Positions 34,297-43,380 of a DNA stretch of 58,890 nt are shown piece after piece. A model generated the notes under the pieces. That model did no database searches. It saw only the letters and a program-made list of their open reading frames with translations, and was not told the DNA's origin. Where the stretch lies: positions 1-58,890 of IMG/VR virus record IMGVR_UViG_3300049273_000019. The stretch is one strand, 5' to 3'. Both the position numbers and the translations under genes were made by a program. The stretch's first letter is position 1, and each line of letters starts with the position of its first letter. The stretch comes from a virus. Lineage: Duplodnaviria; Caudoviricetes.

Positions 34297-35439
34297 TCAA
34301 TTCGCGAAGAGAGTGCCGAGCAGGTGTACCGGTGACCGATCCAGGGCACACCGCGAACGGTCGTACCGGCGTGTGGTCCGCGGGTCGGCGTGTCCCAGGT
34401 AGTCCTGCACATCCGGCAGCGTGGCACCGCGTTCCAGCGCGGCCGTGGCCGCTGTGTGCCGCAGCGAGTGAGGCGACAGCGCGGCGGCCTGGGGGATGCC
34501 AGCGGCCCGCGCGGTACGTCGCACCAGCCGGAACAGGTACGGCTGGGTGAGCCGCGCACCGGTGGAGGTGGCGAACAACGGGCCCGCCAACCCAGCGACG
34601 GTGACACCGGCCCGGCCGGCGCGGTCCTCCAGGTACGCGTCGAGGTCCCTACCAACCGCCGCCGGGATCGGCAGTTCCCGCCGACGGTTCCCCTTGCCGC
34701 GCACAGTGAGGGTGCGATGCCCGGCGTTGTGTCGCACGTCAGCCACGTCGGCGCGGAGGAGTTCGCCGACACGGAGTCCCAAGTCCAAGAGCATGCCGAG
34801 CATGGCGACGTTGCGCTGCGCCTGGCGGGTCGCGTCGGCGCGGGCAGCGGCAAGGAACTCCCTCGCCTGGCCGATGGTCAGCCACGCCGTCGACGACGTG
34901 TCGTGATCCACCTTCGGGCGTTTGACCGCCTTGACCGGGTTGACGGTGGCGGCCTCATTGTCGATCAGGTAGCTGTACCACGAACTGACTGCGGACAGCC
35001 GACGCGCGACCGTGGACTTCGCGGGTGGCGGATTCGTGCGGGTGGCCAGGCGCCGGGTGTACGTGTCGACGTCGGCCCGGCGTACAGCCAGTGGATCCAG
35101 GTCGGCCGCGGCGCACCAGGCGAGCCAGTCGGCCAGGTCCCGGAAGTACGCCCTGCGGGTGTGGTCGGAGGCGAACTGGGCAAGCCAGGCCGCGGTGAGT
35201 CCGGCCGGGGTATACCGGGCATCCGGTGCGGTGTCGGGCAGCGGCAGGGTGAGGACGGCGCGGACGATGTCCTGGTCGGTGGTGGCACCGGTGCGGGGGC
35301 GTGGCAGCCGGCTCACGGTCCGCTTAAGGCCTGCCGTGGCGGGCGGGGGTTCGGTAGCGGTGGCAATACGGCCGGTGACGGCAGCGGTGTCATGATCGGT
35401 TAAGGCCACGGATGCATGATAAGGGTAATTATCATGCAT
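34297..35439 (-). CDS. Tyrosine recombinase, XerC/D-like (true start may be GTG 35408 or later)
   Basis: GLRVGEL, VRGKG, PHSLRH, LGHADPRTTRRY: full catalytic set; N-terminal core-binding domain. Confidence 0.93.
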   Translation of the reverse strand: MHDNYPYHASVALTDHDTAAVTGRIATATEPPPATAGLKRTVSRLPRPRTGATTDQDIVRAVLTLPLPDTAPDARYTPAGLTAAWLAQFASDHTRRAYFRDLADWLAWCAAADLDPLAVRRADVDTYTRRLATRTNPPPAKSTVARRLSAVSSWYSYLIDNEAATVNPVKAVKRPKVDHDTSSTAWLTIGQAREFLAAARADATRQAQRNVAMLGMLLDLGLRVGELLRADVADVRHNAGHRTLTVRGKGNRRRELPIPAAVGRDLDAYLEDRAGRAGVTVAGLAGPLFATSTGARLTQPYLFRLVRRTARAAGIPQAAALSPHSLRHTAATAALERGATLPDVQDYLGHADPRTTRRYDRSRCALDRSPVHLLGTLFAN

Positions 35440-35442
35440 CCG
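35409..35442. other. lox/dif-like recombination site candidate
   Basis: CGGATGCATGATAA-GGGTAA-TTATCATGCATCCG: perfect 14-bp arms, 6-bp asymmetric core. Confidence 0.7.
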
Positions 35443-35481
35443 GTTTGAGCGTGGGATGCCTGATGCGCCGCGACCCGACCG

Positions 35482-35858
35482 TCAGTCCGACTCGGGTTCG
35501 TCGCCTACCGATGAGGCTCCTCGCTCGCGTGCGCAACCCTCGCAGAGAGTCAGGTACCAGTTGCCGGTGACGACGAGCGATCCGGCGGAACCGCACTGCT
35601 CGCAGGTCTGCGCTGACCGCGTCTGCGCGGCGTCGACGAGGTCACGCATCACCTGCCTAGATTCAGGGTCCAGGTGGTCAGACGTCTGGTAGTAGAAGCG
35701 GAGCGTCCCGAACTTCTCCTTGACCTGCGTGACCGTGTAGCCGGGGTCGATCGCGGCCAGGTCTCGGTCGGGTTCGGCGAGTCGTGCGTTCCATCCATCC
35801 GGCGTGGAGACGCCGTCCCAGCCTGGGCATACTCGGGCTTCCAGGGTCGAAGATCCAT
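35482..35858 (-). pseudogene. Conserved phage protein (QVKEKFGTLRFY family), 1-nt frameshift near start
   Basis: Frame reading LEARVCPGW...QVKEKFGTLRFYY...TCEQCG...TLCEGC has no in-frame start; ATG 35858 with GAGGTG RBS is one base out (377 nt). Confidence 0.65.
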
Positions 35859-35868
35859 TATTGGCACC

Positions 35869-36348
35869 TCACAGTGACAGCGGTGGCCAGTCTCCTGGCT
35901 GCGCGGGTCGCCACCTCGGGTCGTAGTCGCCGAGGTCGGCGTACCGCAGCGCGAGGAGCCTCAGCACGCTCCTGGCGAACTGGGCGGCGGCTCCTGCCCG
36001 CTCACGTTCGGTTTCGGCGTCCCCGTGAAAGTAGGCATCCTCAGCACGTTGGATGGTGCTCTCGCACAGGTCGACAATGCGGTGCCGCGCCTCAGCGTCC
36101 GCGATGGTGCGCTGCGGGTCGTTGCGGGCGATGTGCAGCGCCTCCTCGATGGTGGGTGCCCCTTCGCCGCTGAAGCAGACGGTGCGCTGGTACACGTCTG
36201 CGGTGCGGGCTTCGGTGACGACTTCGACTCCGCCACCTCCGTCCGCTCGCCAGCGACCGCCGAGGGGACCGATGGCTTCCTCAGCGGTTCGGGCGTCGTC
36301 GCTGATGTGGGTGCGGATGAAGTCGGCTAGCGGGTCAACGTCGGCCAT
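35869..36348 (-). CDS. DUF6221-like protein
   Basis: LADFIR..I.DD, HIARNDPQRTIADAEAR, LRLLALRYAD..DYDPRWRP. Confidence 0.8.
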   Translation of the reverse strand: MADVDPLADFIRTHISDDARTAEEAIGPLGGRWRADGGGGVEVVTEARTADVYQRTVCFSGEGAPTIEEALHIARNDPQRTIADAEARHRIVDLCESTIQRAEDAYFHGDAETERERAGAAAQFARSVLRLLALRYADLGDYDPRWRPAQPGDWPPLSL

Positions 36349-36396
36349 GTAGCGATCCTGCCGGGCGTGAGGATGCCGCCACAACGGGGCCACCTG

Positions 36397-36675
36397 TCAG
36401 AAGGGTGGCTTGCCGCTGCCCGTCAACTCAAGACGGGCGAGTGGAGACTCGCTGCCCATCCGCGTGCTGGTGATGAGTACGGTGCCCTCCCGGCCGTCCG
36501 GCATCCGGATCGTCGCCTGCCCACTGTTCGTGAGCGGTGCATCCGCTACCGGCATCGTGGCCGTGCCTCCCCACTCACCCAGGCCGCCAGGGTTCCGCCG
36601 ACTCCACAGGCTCGCGTTGATGTCGACCTCTCCCTCATCAGTGATCAACGTCGCTCGCGTGTTGAACTGCCCCAT
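36397..36675 (-). CDS. Small beta-barrel protein (DUF4873-like)
   Basis: WGG, IRMPDGREG, LTGSGKPPF. Confidence 0.6.
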   Translation of the reverse strand: MGQFNTRATLITDEGEVDINASLWSRRNPGGLGEWGGTATMPVADAPLTNSGQATIRMPDGREGTVLITSTRMGSESPLARLELTGSGKPPF

Positions 36676-36699
36676 GGCACTTCCCCCCTCGGAGATCAA

Positions 36700-37431
36700 T
36701 CACGATTCAATTGCCTCAGCCCGCCAGACTTCAAGGATGTCGCCGCCGAACGGGTTCGGGCCCCTCATCTGGACACGGACTCCTGCCTCGAACTTCTCAG
36801 CGAGTTCGCTCAACCGTTCCGCCCCAGCACTCGGCCATCCGTGGGCGAACGCCCACGCGTACACATCTTTGGGGGGCAGCGCATAGCCGCCCTTCTTAAG
36901 GATTCGCAACACCGCCACAGCATCTCGGTGGTCAAGAGCACCGGCGAGGTGGTTGGACTGATTGACCCTGCGCGTGAGTTCTCTGAGCCCCGCCACAACC
37001 ACCCGGTCCAGGTTGGGTGTCGCGGCAAGCAAGGAGGCAGGACCCAGCAGTTCGGGGTTCGCAGCGGCCTGCCAGGCGTCGGTCTCGCCCTCAGCCCAAG
37101 GAACAACACAGAGCGCCTTGGTGCCTGGATCGTCGGCGATCTCACCGAGCTTCACCCGAGTGGGCCACGCTGCCAGGACCGGTCCGCTTCGCCAATCACC
37201 AAAGCCGCCTCCGCTACGCCCGGTACGGACCGCAACGTCGAACTCCCGCGTGAACGCGTCCAGCAGTGCGTTGCCTCGTACCTCCCGCATACCAGGGGCA
37301 AACACGAGGGGCTTGCCGCCCTGTTCATCGGTTTTGGCGAGAATCCAGTCCATCCCGTCTCGCAGGCCCTGGTCCCCGTGTTCCGGGCCGGCTGTGATGG
37401 CGCACGGGTAGTCGCGTGTCACTTCGAACAT
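36700..37431 (-). CDS. Hypothetical protein with DUF1889-like C-terminal helical domain
   Basis: LRELT..VN.SN.L...D...AV..L..L...GY...P..V.AWA..HGW; leaderless-type start at 37431. Confidence 0.6.
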   Translation of the reverse strand: MFEVTRDYPCAITAGPEHGDQGLRDGMDWILAKTDEQGGKPLVFAPGMREVRGNALLDAFTREFDVAVRTGRSGGGFGDWRSGPVLAAWPTRVKLGEIADDPGTKALCVVPWAEGETDAWQAAANPELLGPASLLAATPNLDRVVVAGLRELTRRVNQSNHLAGALDHRDAVAVLRILKKGGYALPPKDVYAWAFAHGWPSAGAERLSELAEKFEAGVRVQMRGPNPFGGDILEVWRAEAIES

Positions 37432-37558
37432 TCGACCAGCATGCCAGGGGGCAACGACACTTCTGGATCCGCAGTCGACTGGGAGAAATCCCCCGGTTTG
37501 CAGGCGGCACCTGATCATCGCCGCCTGCAACCGGCCACCTCACGGGCAGCCCATCGGG

Positions 37559-38545
37559 TTACGGTCCACCGACGGCTGGGTCTGTGTACTGCTCGTGCAT
37601 CTCCCGGACCACAGAAACTGCGAGCATCACGCCAACCAGCGCGTTACGCGGCGTGTACTGGACGGCACCTGCGGCATGGACCGTCGCGTGCCTGTTGAAC
37701 AACGCCGGTACCCGGTCGCCCTTCTCTCGCTTGAACTGCTCCAACGCGGGCCCAAGTGGCGCCATGGTGGCGTAGTACCGCAACCGCACGAGTTCGTAGT
37801 CGTCCGTGGCCGCCACCTCGCGCCAGTACTTGTAGCGGCCGTTTTCCCTAAGCACAGTGTCCAACACCGCACACGCTGCGGCCTGTGCTGGACCGTCCAG
37901 TCCGCGCTCCAGTGCGGTGATGGCCTGCCTGAGCAGATCTACCTGTTCCACGTACCGGCCAGCAGCCGCTTGATCCAACAGCGTCTGGCAGTCTTCGAGT
38001 ACTTCAGGCTGGTGGTCGACGAGAATGTCGAGCCGGTTAGCCGGATGGGCAGAGATCATGGTGGAGAGGATTGTGGCGCGTGGTACCCAAGCCACCGGGA
38101 TGCCGGCGCGGGCCATGTCGACCAGGTCACGGAGCCGTAGGCCCTCTTCCACGTCGCGCCAGTTGGCTGGCGACACCCGGTCCAAAAAACCGTCCAGCCA
38201 ATCGCGCAACTGAGCCTTGAGCCCCATATCGGCCAGGAGTCTGCCGTAGTCGACGGCCAACTTGCGATGGATACCGCTCTGACTCAAGGCCCGGGTGAAC
38301 TTGGCCCGGTGGAGGGCGGAAAGCCGAGCAAAGGACTCACTGCGGGTGAATGAGTGGAAGTTAAAGATCTTGAAGCGATCTGGCAGGGCCTTACCCATAG
38401 TTAGCCACGGCCTAGGGGTGATCTGCAAGGAACGCCGAACCCCATCCCAGTAGCTACTCGACCCAAAGTTGAACTGGAACGGTCGAGGCCGTTCCGGGCC
38501 CTGCCCGTGACCCTCATCTTCCGGAGTATCGTCTGGATTCCTCAT
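37559..38545 (-). CDS. Hypothetical protein with C-terminal HEPN-like R-x4-H motif
   Basis: FNRHATVH near C-terminus within an all-helical domain; lower GC than flanks. Confidence 0.55.
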   Translation of the reverse strand: MRNPDDTPEDEGHGQGPERPRPFQFNFGSSSYWDGVRRSLQITPRPWLTMGKALPDRFKIFNFHSFTRSESFARLSALHRAKFTRALSQSGIHRKLAVDYGRLLADMGLKAQLRDWLDGFLDRVSPANWRDVEEGLRLRDLVDMARAGIPVAWVPRATILSTMISAHPANRLDILVDHQPEVLEDCQTLLDQAAAGRYVEQVDLLRQAITALERGLDGPAQAAACAVLDTVLRENGRYKYWREVAATDDYELVRLRYYATMAPLGPALEQFKREKGDRVPALFNRHATVHAAGAVQYTPRNALVGVMLAVSVVREMHEQYTDPAVGGP

Positions 38546-38806
38546 TTGAGTACCTTTCCCGTAATGCCCTCCTTCCAGGTTGGGTAGAGGGTCGATGAGA
38601 GGATACACGCGCAATACTCGACGATTCGGGGCTTGAGGTACCCGCTAAAGCGGCTGGCTTACAAAACGCACTCGGACCAAGATCTACTGGCAGTTGAAAT
38701 CCGTACCTTCAAAAGCCTACTTTGGCATGGCTGTCCGATTTTTGATCTAGTTAATACACAAGCCTCGACTGGATTACAGACCCAAAAAGCCCTGCTGTGT
38801 TTCGCA

Positions 38807-40108
38807 TCACGCTGCTCCCTTCCGTTCGATCAGCCACGGCGGCAGCGGCACCAACCGCACCGTCCACGCCGGCCGGCCGTGCTCCAGTGGAGCGAACGCG
38901 CCGAGCTGCCACCGCGGCCGGCTCCAACCGGCCAGGGACCCGTCCTCTGTGGTGGCGTACATCTGAAGCCACGCCGCATGCGGACGGCGCGGGTGCGGCC
39001 AGGCCTCGGCGGTGGCCGGCACAAGCGCCGGGTCGACGCCGTGACGGCGCAGCCACGCCACCAACCGGGAATCAACCGCTGGTTCCTCCATCGGGTTGAT
39101 GGGGTTCGGACCAGCACACCCGGCCGGGCAGATCCCCCGACCAGTCGCCACCTGGACCAGGCCGTCGAGGGTGGCCACGTTGAACAACTCGGGCACCAAC
39201 CCGGTCCAGCATGTGCGGCACCAGGTTTCCCGGATCAAGCATCCGAGCCAATACCACCGCAGCTTGTGCCACTCGGTGCCGCACCTCGGGCAGCGCACCA
39301 CGTCCACGTACGGATCGGTCCACAAGTGGGTGCCACACAGCGCCTCAGCGTCCGCGTCGTGGTCGTACCGGACAGTGGGGCACCGTCCAAGGTGCATTTC
39401 ATCTCGTGCTTCACCGGCGGCGACACGGGCGGCTGTGTGGAGGTTGCGAAGCTGGGCTGCGAAGTCGGCGATGGCGGCGAGGTCGTCAACCGCCTGGTCG
39501 AGGTGAACGGTCAGGTACCGGATCGCTCCCTCGAGCACCGGTGGTGCACTCGGCGCGGGGAACCGGGCGTCCCATTCGGCGGCCCTGGGGTCGTCGGGCC
39601 GGTCAGCGGGGTTGCCGGCGGGTCCGATGCCGAGCAGCACCCGCGACCCTTGGGCGGTCCGGGCCCGGGCAGCGATGTTGAGGCGGAGCTGGTGCAGTTC
39701 GCGGCGTACCGGCGGGCACAACCGGACGGGCCGGCACGGGCCCTGGTCGTCGACGAGAGTGCGCGGCCGGCCGGTGGAGTGGCCGAACGCGACCCGCCAA
39801 CGCTGCTCCCACCCTGTAGCCCACACCTGGATGGGTGACCGGCCGCCCGATTCGCCAGCGAGGAGGAACAGCGGTTCACCCGCCACCGGTGCGGGACTGT
39901 GCGCTCCGGAGCCACTGACCCTACCGGCGGCAGGTGGCCGTTGCCCGGGGATGAGCGCCAGGTTGAGCGGCGCGGCCGCGAGGCGGGGCAAGTCGCGGAG
40001 CTGCTCACCCATCCTGGTGCGGCACGAGTCGCACACGGGCGGGCGCACAAGCCGGCGTTCCCGGCCACAGGTACGGCAGGCGGCACGCCGTACCGCGACG
40101 TCGGTCAT
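38807..40108 (-). CDS. Zinc-finger-containing phage protein (late-regulator position)
   Basis: CRTC/CDSC N-terminus, GRCP...CGT.L...VRCPRCGTEW. Confidence 0.65.
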   Translation of the reverse strand: MTDVAVRRAACRTCGRERRLVRPPVCDSCRTRMGEQLRDLPRLAAAPLNLALIPGQRPPAAGRVSGSGAHSPAPVAGEPLFLLAGESGGRSPIQVWATGWEQRWRVAFGHSTGRPRTLVDDQGPCRPVRLCPPVRRELHQLRLNIAARARTAQGSRVLLGIGPAGNPADRPDDPRAAEWDARFPAPSAPPVLEGAIRYLTVHLDQAVDDLAAIADFAAQLRNLHTAARVAAGEARDEMHLGRCPTVRYDHDADAEALCGTHLWTDPYVDVVRCPRCGTEWHKLRWYWLGCLIRETWCRTCWTGLVPELFNVATLDGLVQVATGRGICPAGCAGPNPINPMEEPAVDSRLVAWLRRHGVDPALVPATAEAWPHPRRPHAAWLQMYATTEDGSLAGWSRPRWQLGAFAPLEHGRPAWTVRLVPLPPWLIERKGAA

Positions 40109-40298
40109 GGCGTGTCTCCATCTCTGCGGCGGTCGAGGAGTTCGCGGATCTGGTCAGCGCAGTCAGGGCAGCATCGGCACAAGGCGGTGATCCATCCTTG
40201 GCCGCACAGACAGCATTGGGCGTACCCGCCGCAGCCTGGGCACAGCAGGTCCGGGTGTCCGATCAAGACCGGGTGCGGGTAGACGCGTTCGACGATCA

Positions 40299-40523
40299 CT
40301 ATGGTCCCCAGTCGTAGTCTTCCCGCGGCGGTGTCGGCCAGTAGATGTGCGTAGGACGCCGGCGTCGCCGCCTCCTCCACCACCACGTAAGCCGCCGCTG
40401 AACACGTCGCCACCACGGCGATCGGAGTCGAGCAGGGTCCAGGTCCCGGTACGGGACATCCCCCATGTGCAGCCAGTTCGACGGCGACTCGTCCCCGGCC
40501 CCAGCCGGCTCTGCTTCCGTCAT
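40299..40523 (-). CDS. Small Arg/Trp-rich hypothetical protein
   Basis: ATGA overlap with upstream gene. Confidence 0.4.
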   Translation of the reverse strand: MTEAEPAGAGDESPSNWLHMGDVPYRDLDPARLRSPWWRRVQRRLTWWWRRRRRRRPTHIYWPTPPREDYDWGP

Positions 40524-41266
40524 GCCGGTATCCCCTTCGCCTCCGTGATCGCGCGGATCTCCGTCGCGATCGCATCCACCACCACCGGGTCCCCCGGGTC
40601 CACACCAACCCGCTGCAGCACCGCCCGCATCACCCCGAACAACATCGCCCCCTGCTGCTCCGCCAGGCGCACTTGACGCTCCGCCAAGCCCGCGGAGACG
40701 GCCTTCGCAGCGAAGCCAGCGCACCGCTCCCGCTCCTCCGCCTCCAGCTTCGCCAAACCGCGGATTCCCTCATCCACCGCGTACAGCCGGCCGAGCCGGT
40801 CCGCGTCGTACCGGTACCCGATCAACGCGGCCACGCCGCCCGTCGTGAAGATCCTCTCCAGGTCCGCGCGGGCACGCTGCACGGCCGGGTCCTCAGCGAC
40901 CAGCTCCCCGTCCTCCGTCCACTCCTCCGGCGGCTCCGGCACCACGAGGGCTTGCGCCTCGTGCGCCTGGCGGAGCCGCTCGGCCGCCTCATATGCCTCC
41001 CCCAACAGGCGGCCGTACAGCTCACACCGAGCCCTCGACTGGGTGACCAGACGGAGCAGAGTTTCCCCGGGGTCCGCGAGTTCGGTGTGTCCGTTCAGTC
41101 CCCACTTCCGGAGTTCCACCACCACCCGGCCCTCGGCCTTCGCCTTCGCGGTCGCCTTACCGACGTGATGCCGGCAGGCATCTTTGCCAGCGAGCGCGGG
41201 TGCTTTGCACGGAGTCCCGTTCCGTCGACGCTTCGTGCACCTGGAGTCTTGAGGCTTGTGGTTCAT
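40520..41266 (-). CDS. HGGxSTG-type protein, putative terminase small subunit
   Basis: RCTKRRRNGTPCKAPALAGKDACRHHVG, DP.ETLL, AGLAERQVRLAEQQG. Confidence 0.7.
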   Translation of the reverse strand: MNHKPQDSRCTKRRRNGTPCKAPALAGKDACRHHVGKATAKAKAEGRVVVELRKWGLNGHTELADPGETLLRLVTQSRARCELYGRLLGEAYEAAERLRQAHEAQALVVPEPPEEWTEDGELVAEDPAVQRARADLERIFTTGGVAALIGYRYDADRLGRLYAVDEGIRGLAKLEAEERERCAGFAAKAVSAGLAERQVRLAEQQGAMLFGVMRAVLQRVGVDPGDPVVVDAIATEIRAITEAKGIPA

Positions 41267-41303
41267 GTGGTCGCCTCGATTCGTAGGGTTGGGGCCGTAC
41301 GGA

Positions 41304-41789
41304 TCACTCGGGTCGCCACTCCTGCCGGTAGTCCTGGTGGCCGGCGTACACCGCGCCGACCGCACGAATCAGCCCGACAAGCACCGGCTGCATGGCGTCC
41401 AGGTAGTCAGCTTCCCGGCGGACAGCGCGCTGTCGGACATCCGGGAAGCCCGCGCCTGTCCACTCCCCTGTGCGTTCCTGGTGCTCGATATCGGCGTCCA
41501 GTTCGGCTACCGCGCGTGTGTGCCGGACCTTGGCTTCAGACCACCGTTCGTAGGCGTCCAGGATCCGCCGCTTGACCTCCACCTCACGGAGCACCCGAAC
41601 CTTCGCTATCCGCAGGAATCGCTCGCAGGGGTACCCGGTCGCGCCGGATGCTTCGATCTCGTACCCGTTGTAGCCGTACTCTTCGCTGTCGGACTGTTTC
41701 CTGGCTTCGGCGGCTTCGTCATCCAGCTGTACGCGGATGAACTCCACCATCTCGGCCATCGGTCCCATTGGGGTGTCGTTCTCACTCAC
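41304..41789 (-). CDS. DUF6221-like protein (second copy)
   Basis: VEFIRVQLDDE, RVLREVEVKRRIL, YAGHQDYRQEWRP. Confidence 0.8.
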   Translation of the reverse strand: MSENDTPMGPMAEMVEFIRVQLDDEAAEARKQSDSEEYGYNGYEIEASGATGYPCERFLRIAKVRVLREVEVKRRILDAYERWSEAKVRHTRAVAELDADIEHQERTGEWTGAGFPDVRQRAVRREADYLDAMQPVLVGLIRAVGAVYAGHQDYRQEWRPE

Positions 41790-41986
41790 GTGCCGCTCCG
41801 GAGCGGGGTGTCTGGCCCGGAGCAGGATGCCGGGATGCCGAGGGCTGGTGCGCCGTCGTGGGTAAGCCCGCCTGGCGGACGTTCACACTGCGGGCACAGG
41901 CCGAGCAGGACGGACGGTAGCGGGTGAAGGCGACGCTCGATGACGAGATCTGCGAGCGCGTCAGCGATGGTGACGAGGTCAGCCAA
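41786..41986 (-). CDS. Small hypothetical protein
   Basis: TTG start with GGAGG; overlaps neighbours. Confidence 0.45.
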   Translation of the reverse strand: MADLVTIADALADLVIERRLHPLPSVLLGLCPQCERPPGGLTHDGAPALGIPASCSGPDTPLRSGT

Positions 41987-42284
41987 GGTCGCCTCCGTCT
42001 CGGTAACGGACCGCGAAGCCTGGCAGTCCGAGCCCGAAGTCCGGATCGGAGGACGCGGGGCGTATCGGAGCGTGCAGCTCGGTCTCATCGACGGACACCG
42101 CCGGATGGGCAAAGCTGAGACCGGCTGGCGCATCGGAGAAACGGAACGGCTCATCGCAGTCGGCGCAGGCAACGCGGATGTCTGCGACGTAGCCGGTCGG
42201 AGCCTGGCCGTCCTCAGCGATGCGATTCACGGCCACCGAGGCAGCGAAGTTGTGGTGGTGGCAGGCGCGGTCTGGGTCAGCCAC
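41979..42284 (-). CDS. Hypothetical phage protein
   Basis: C.H.NF, CADCDEPFRF; operonic overlap. Confidence 0.65.
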   Translation of the reverse strand: MADPDRACHHHNFAASVAVNRIAEDGQAPTGYVADIRVACADCDEPFRFSDAPAGLSFAHPAVSVDETELHAPIRPASSDPDFGLGLPGFAVRYRDGGDLG

Positions 42285-42615
42285 GGTGTTCTCCGTCCAG
42301 GTCTGATGGGAGCGGCTGGTTGGCGACGGCCCGGAGATGGGCAGATCCGCAGGGGGACGTGCCGCACTGGGGGCAGAGCCGTAGCAGGATGTCGATGCCG
42401 CCGCTGGTGGACAGCAGGTCGGCCGGTGTGACGCCGAGGTAGTGGGCGATGCCGAGGAGTGTGGTGACGGTGATGTCCTGTCGGCCGGCTTCGAGGTTGG
42501 CGATGGAGGAACGACTCAGGCCCACCGCGGCGGCGAGTTCGTGTTGCAGTTGGCCGGCGGCGGTCCGGTAGGCCCGGATCCGCTGCCCGACATCTGCGAG
42601 GGTCGGATCAGCCAC
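42277..42615 (-). CDS. Xre/Cro-family HTH protein
   Basis: GQRIRAYR...QHELAAAVGLSRSSIANLEAGRQ. Confidence 0.88.
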   Translation of the reverse strand: MADPTLADVGQRIRAYRTAAGQLQHELAAAVGLSRSSIANLEAGRQDITVTTLLGIAHYLGVTPADLLSTSGGIDILLRLCPQCGTSPCGSAHLRAVANQPLPSDLDGEHRG

Positions 42616-42838
42616 GCTGGGCCTCCGGAGGATCGGGTGCGACACCGATCAGGGGGGCCGGAACGTCCGCGCGAACGATTGGGAATCCGTACGCCTGGGT
42701 TATCTCTGGCAGCACGTCGTTGGGCAGGACGAAGGTGAGCCTGCCCTTGTCGAATCCGGACTCTTTCAGGTAGCCGGTCAGGACGATCAGCGGAGCTATC
42801 GCCTGGAACTCGCCGTAGTAGTCGTCTTGGTCAGCCAC
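42608..42838 (-). CDS. Hypothetical protein
   Basis: GGAGG RBS; operonic overlap. Confidence 0.55.
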   Translation of the reverse strand: MADQDDYYGEFQAIAPLIVLTGYLKESGFDKGRLTFVLPNDVLPEITQAYGFPIVRADVPAPLIGVAPDPPEAQRG

Positions 42839-43076
42839 GGGTACCTCCCGCGAGGTCTGAGACGTACACCCGCGTATCCACCGTCAGCGGGTAGACGGTG
42901 ACAGGCTCGCCGATGCCGACCAGCGCCCACGCGATGTGGTTGCCGATGCAGATCCGGCAAAGCCGCGCCGGACGGCCGGGCGGGTTGCCGTCACGCATCT
43001 CGCCGTCGGCGTCGCGTTCCCGGCAGCCGTGGCAGTCGTTTCTGCTGTGCGGGTACGGCAGCACCGCGTCAGCCAC
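42831..43076 (-). CDS. Small Cys-rich hypothetical protein
   Basis: CHGC/CRIC; operonic overlap. Confidence 0.5.
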   Translation of the reverse strand: MADAVLPYPHSRNDCHGCRERDADGEMRDGNPPGRPARLCRICIGNHIAWALVGIGEPVTVYPLTVDTRVYVSDLAGGTRG

Positions 43077-43380
43077 GGTCGGACTCCTGTTCGAGGACGC
43101 ACCGGACCCCAGGCGGGTGCTTGGGATGCTCCACCTCGGTGCAGCGGTAGCAGCACAGGTCGCCTGGCGGCTCGCAGTGGACGTTGTGGAGGTCGCAGCA
43201 CCGGTCCCCGCCTTCGCGAGGCGAGTCGGCCGATGCCAGCCACTCCGTGAGGGCCGCACGCACATCGGTGGGCAGATCAGACGACCGCGGGCGTGAGGAC
43301 GACCAGCCGCGCTCTACGGTGATCTCCCAGCTGTCCCGGTACGCGTTGTGCGACTTGACCTGCGCGACGTAGGCGTTCAC
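43069..43380 (-). CDS. Cys/His-rich hypothetical protein
   Basis: CCDLHNVHCEPPGDLCCYRCTEVEHP. Confidence 0.6.
   Translation of the reverse strand: MNAYVAQVKSHNAYRDSWEITVERGWSSSRPRSSDLPTDVRAALTEWLASADSPREGGDRCCDLHNVHCEPPGDLCCYRCTEVEHPKHPPGVRCVLEQESDRG

Noticed and set aside
35482-38800. Integron cassette array next to the tyrosine recombinase
   Set aside because: No repeated attC-like or second lox-like sites seen between the genes, and no IntI-specific features recognised.
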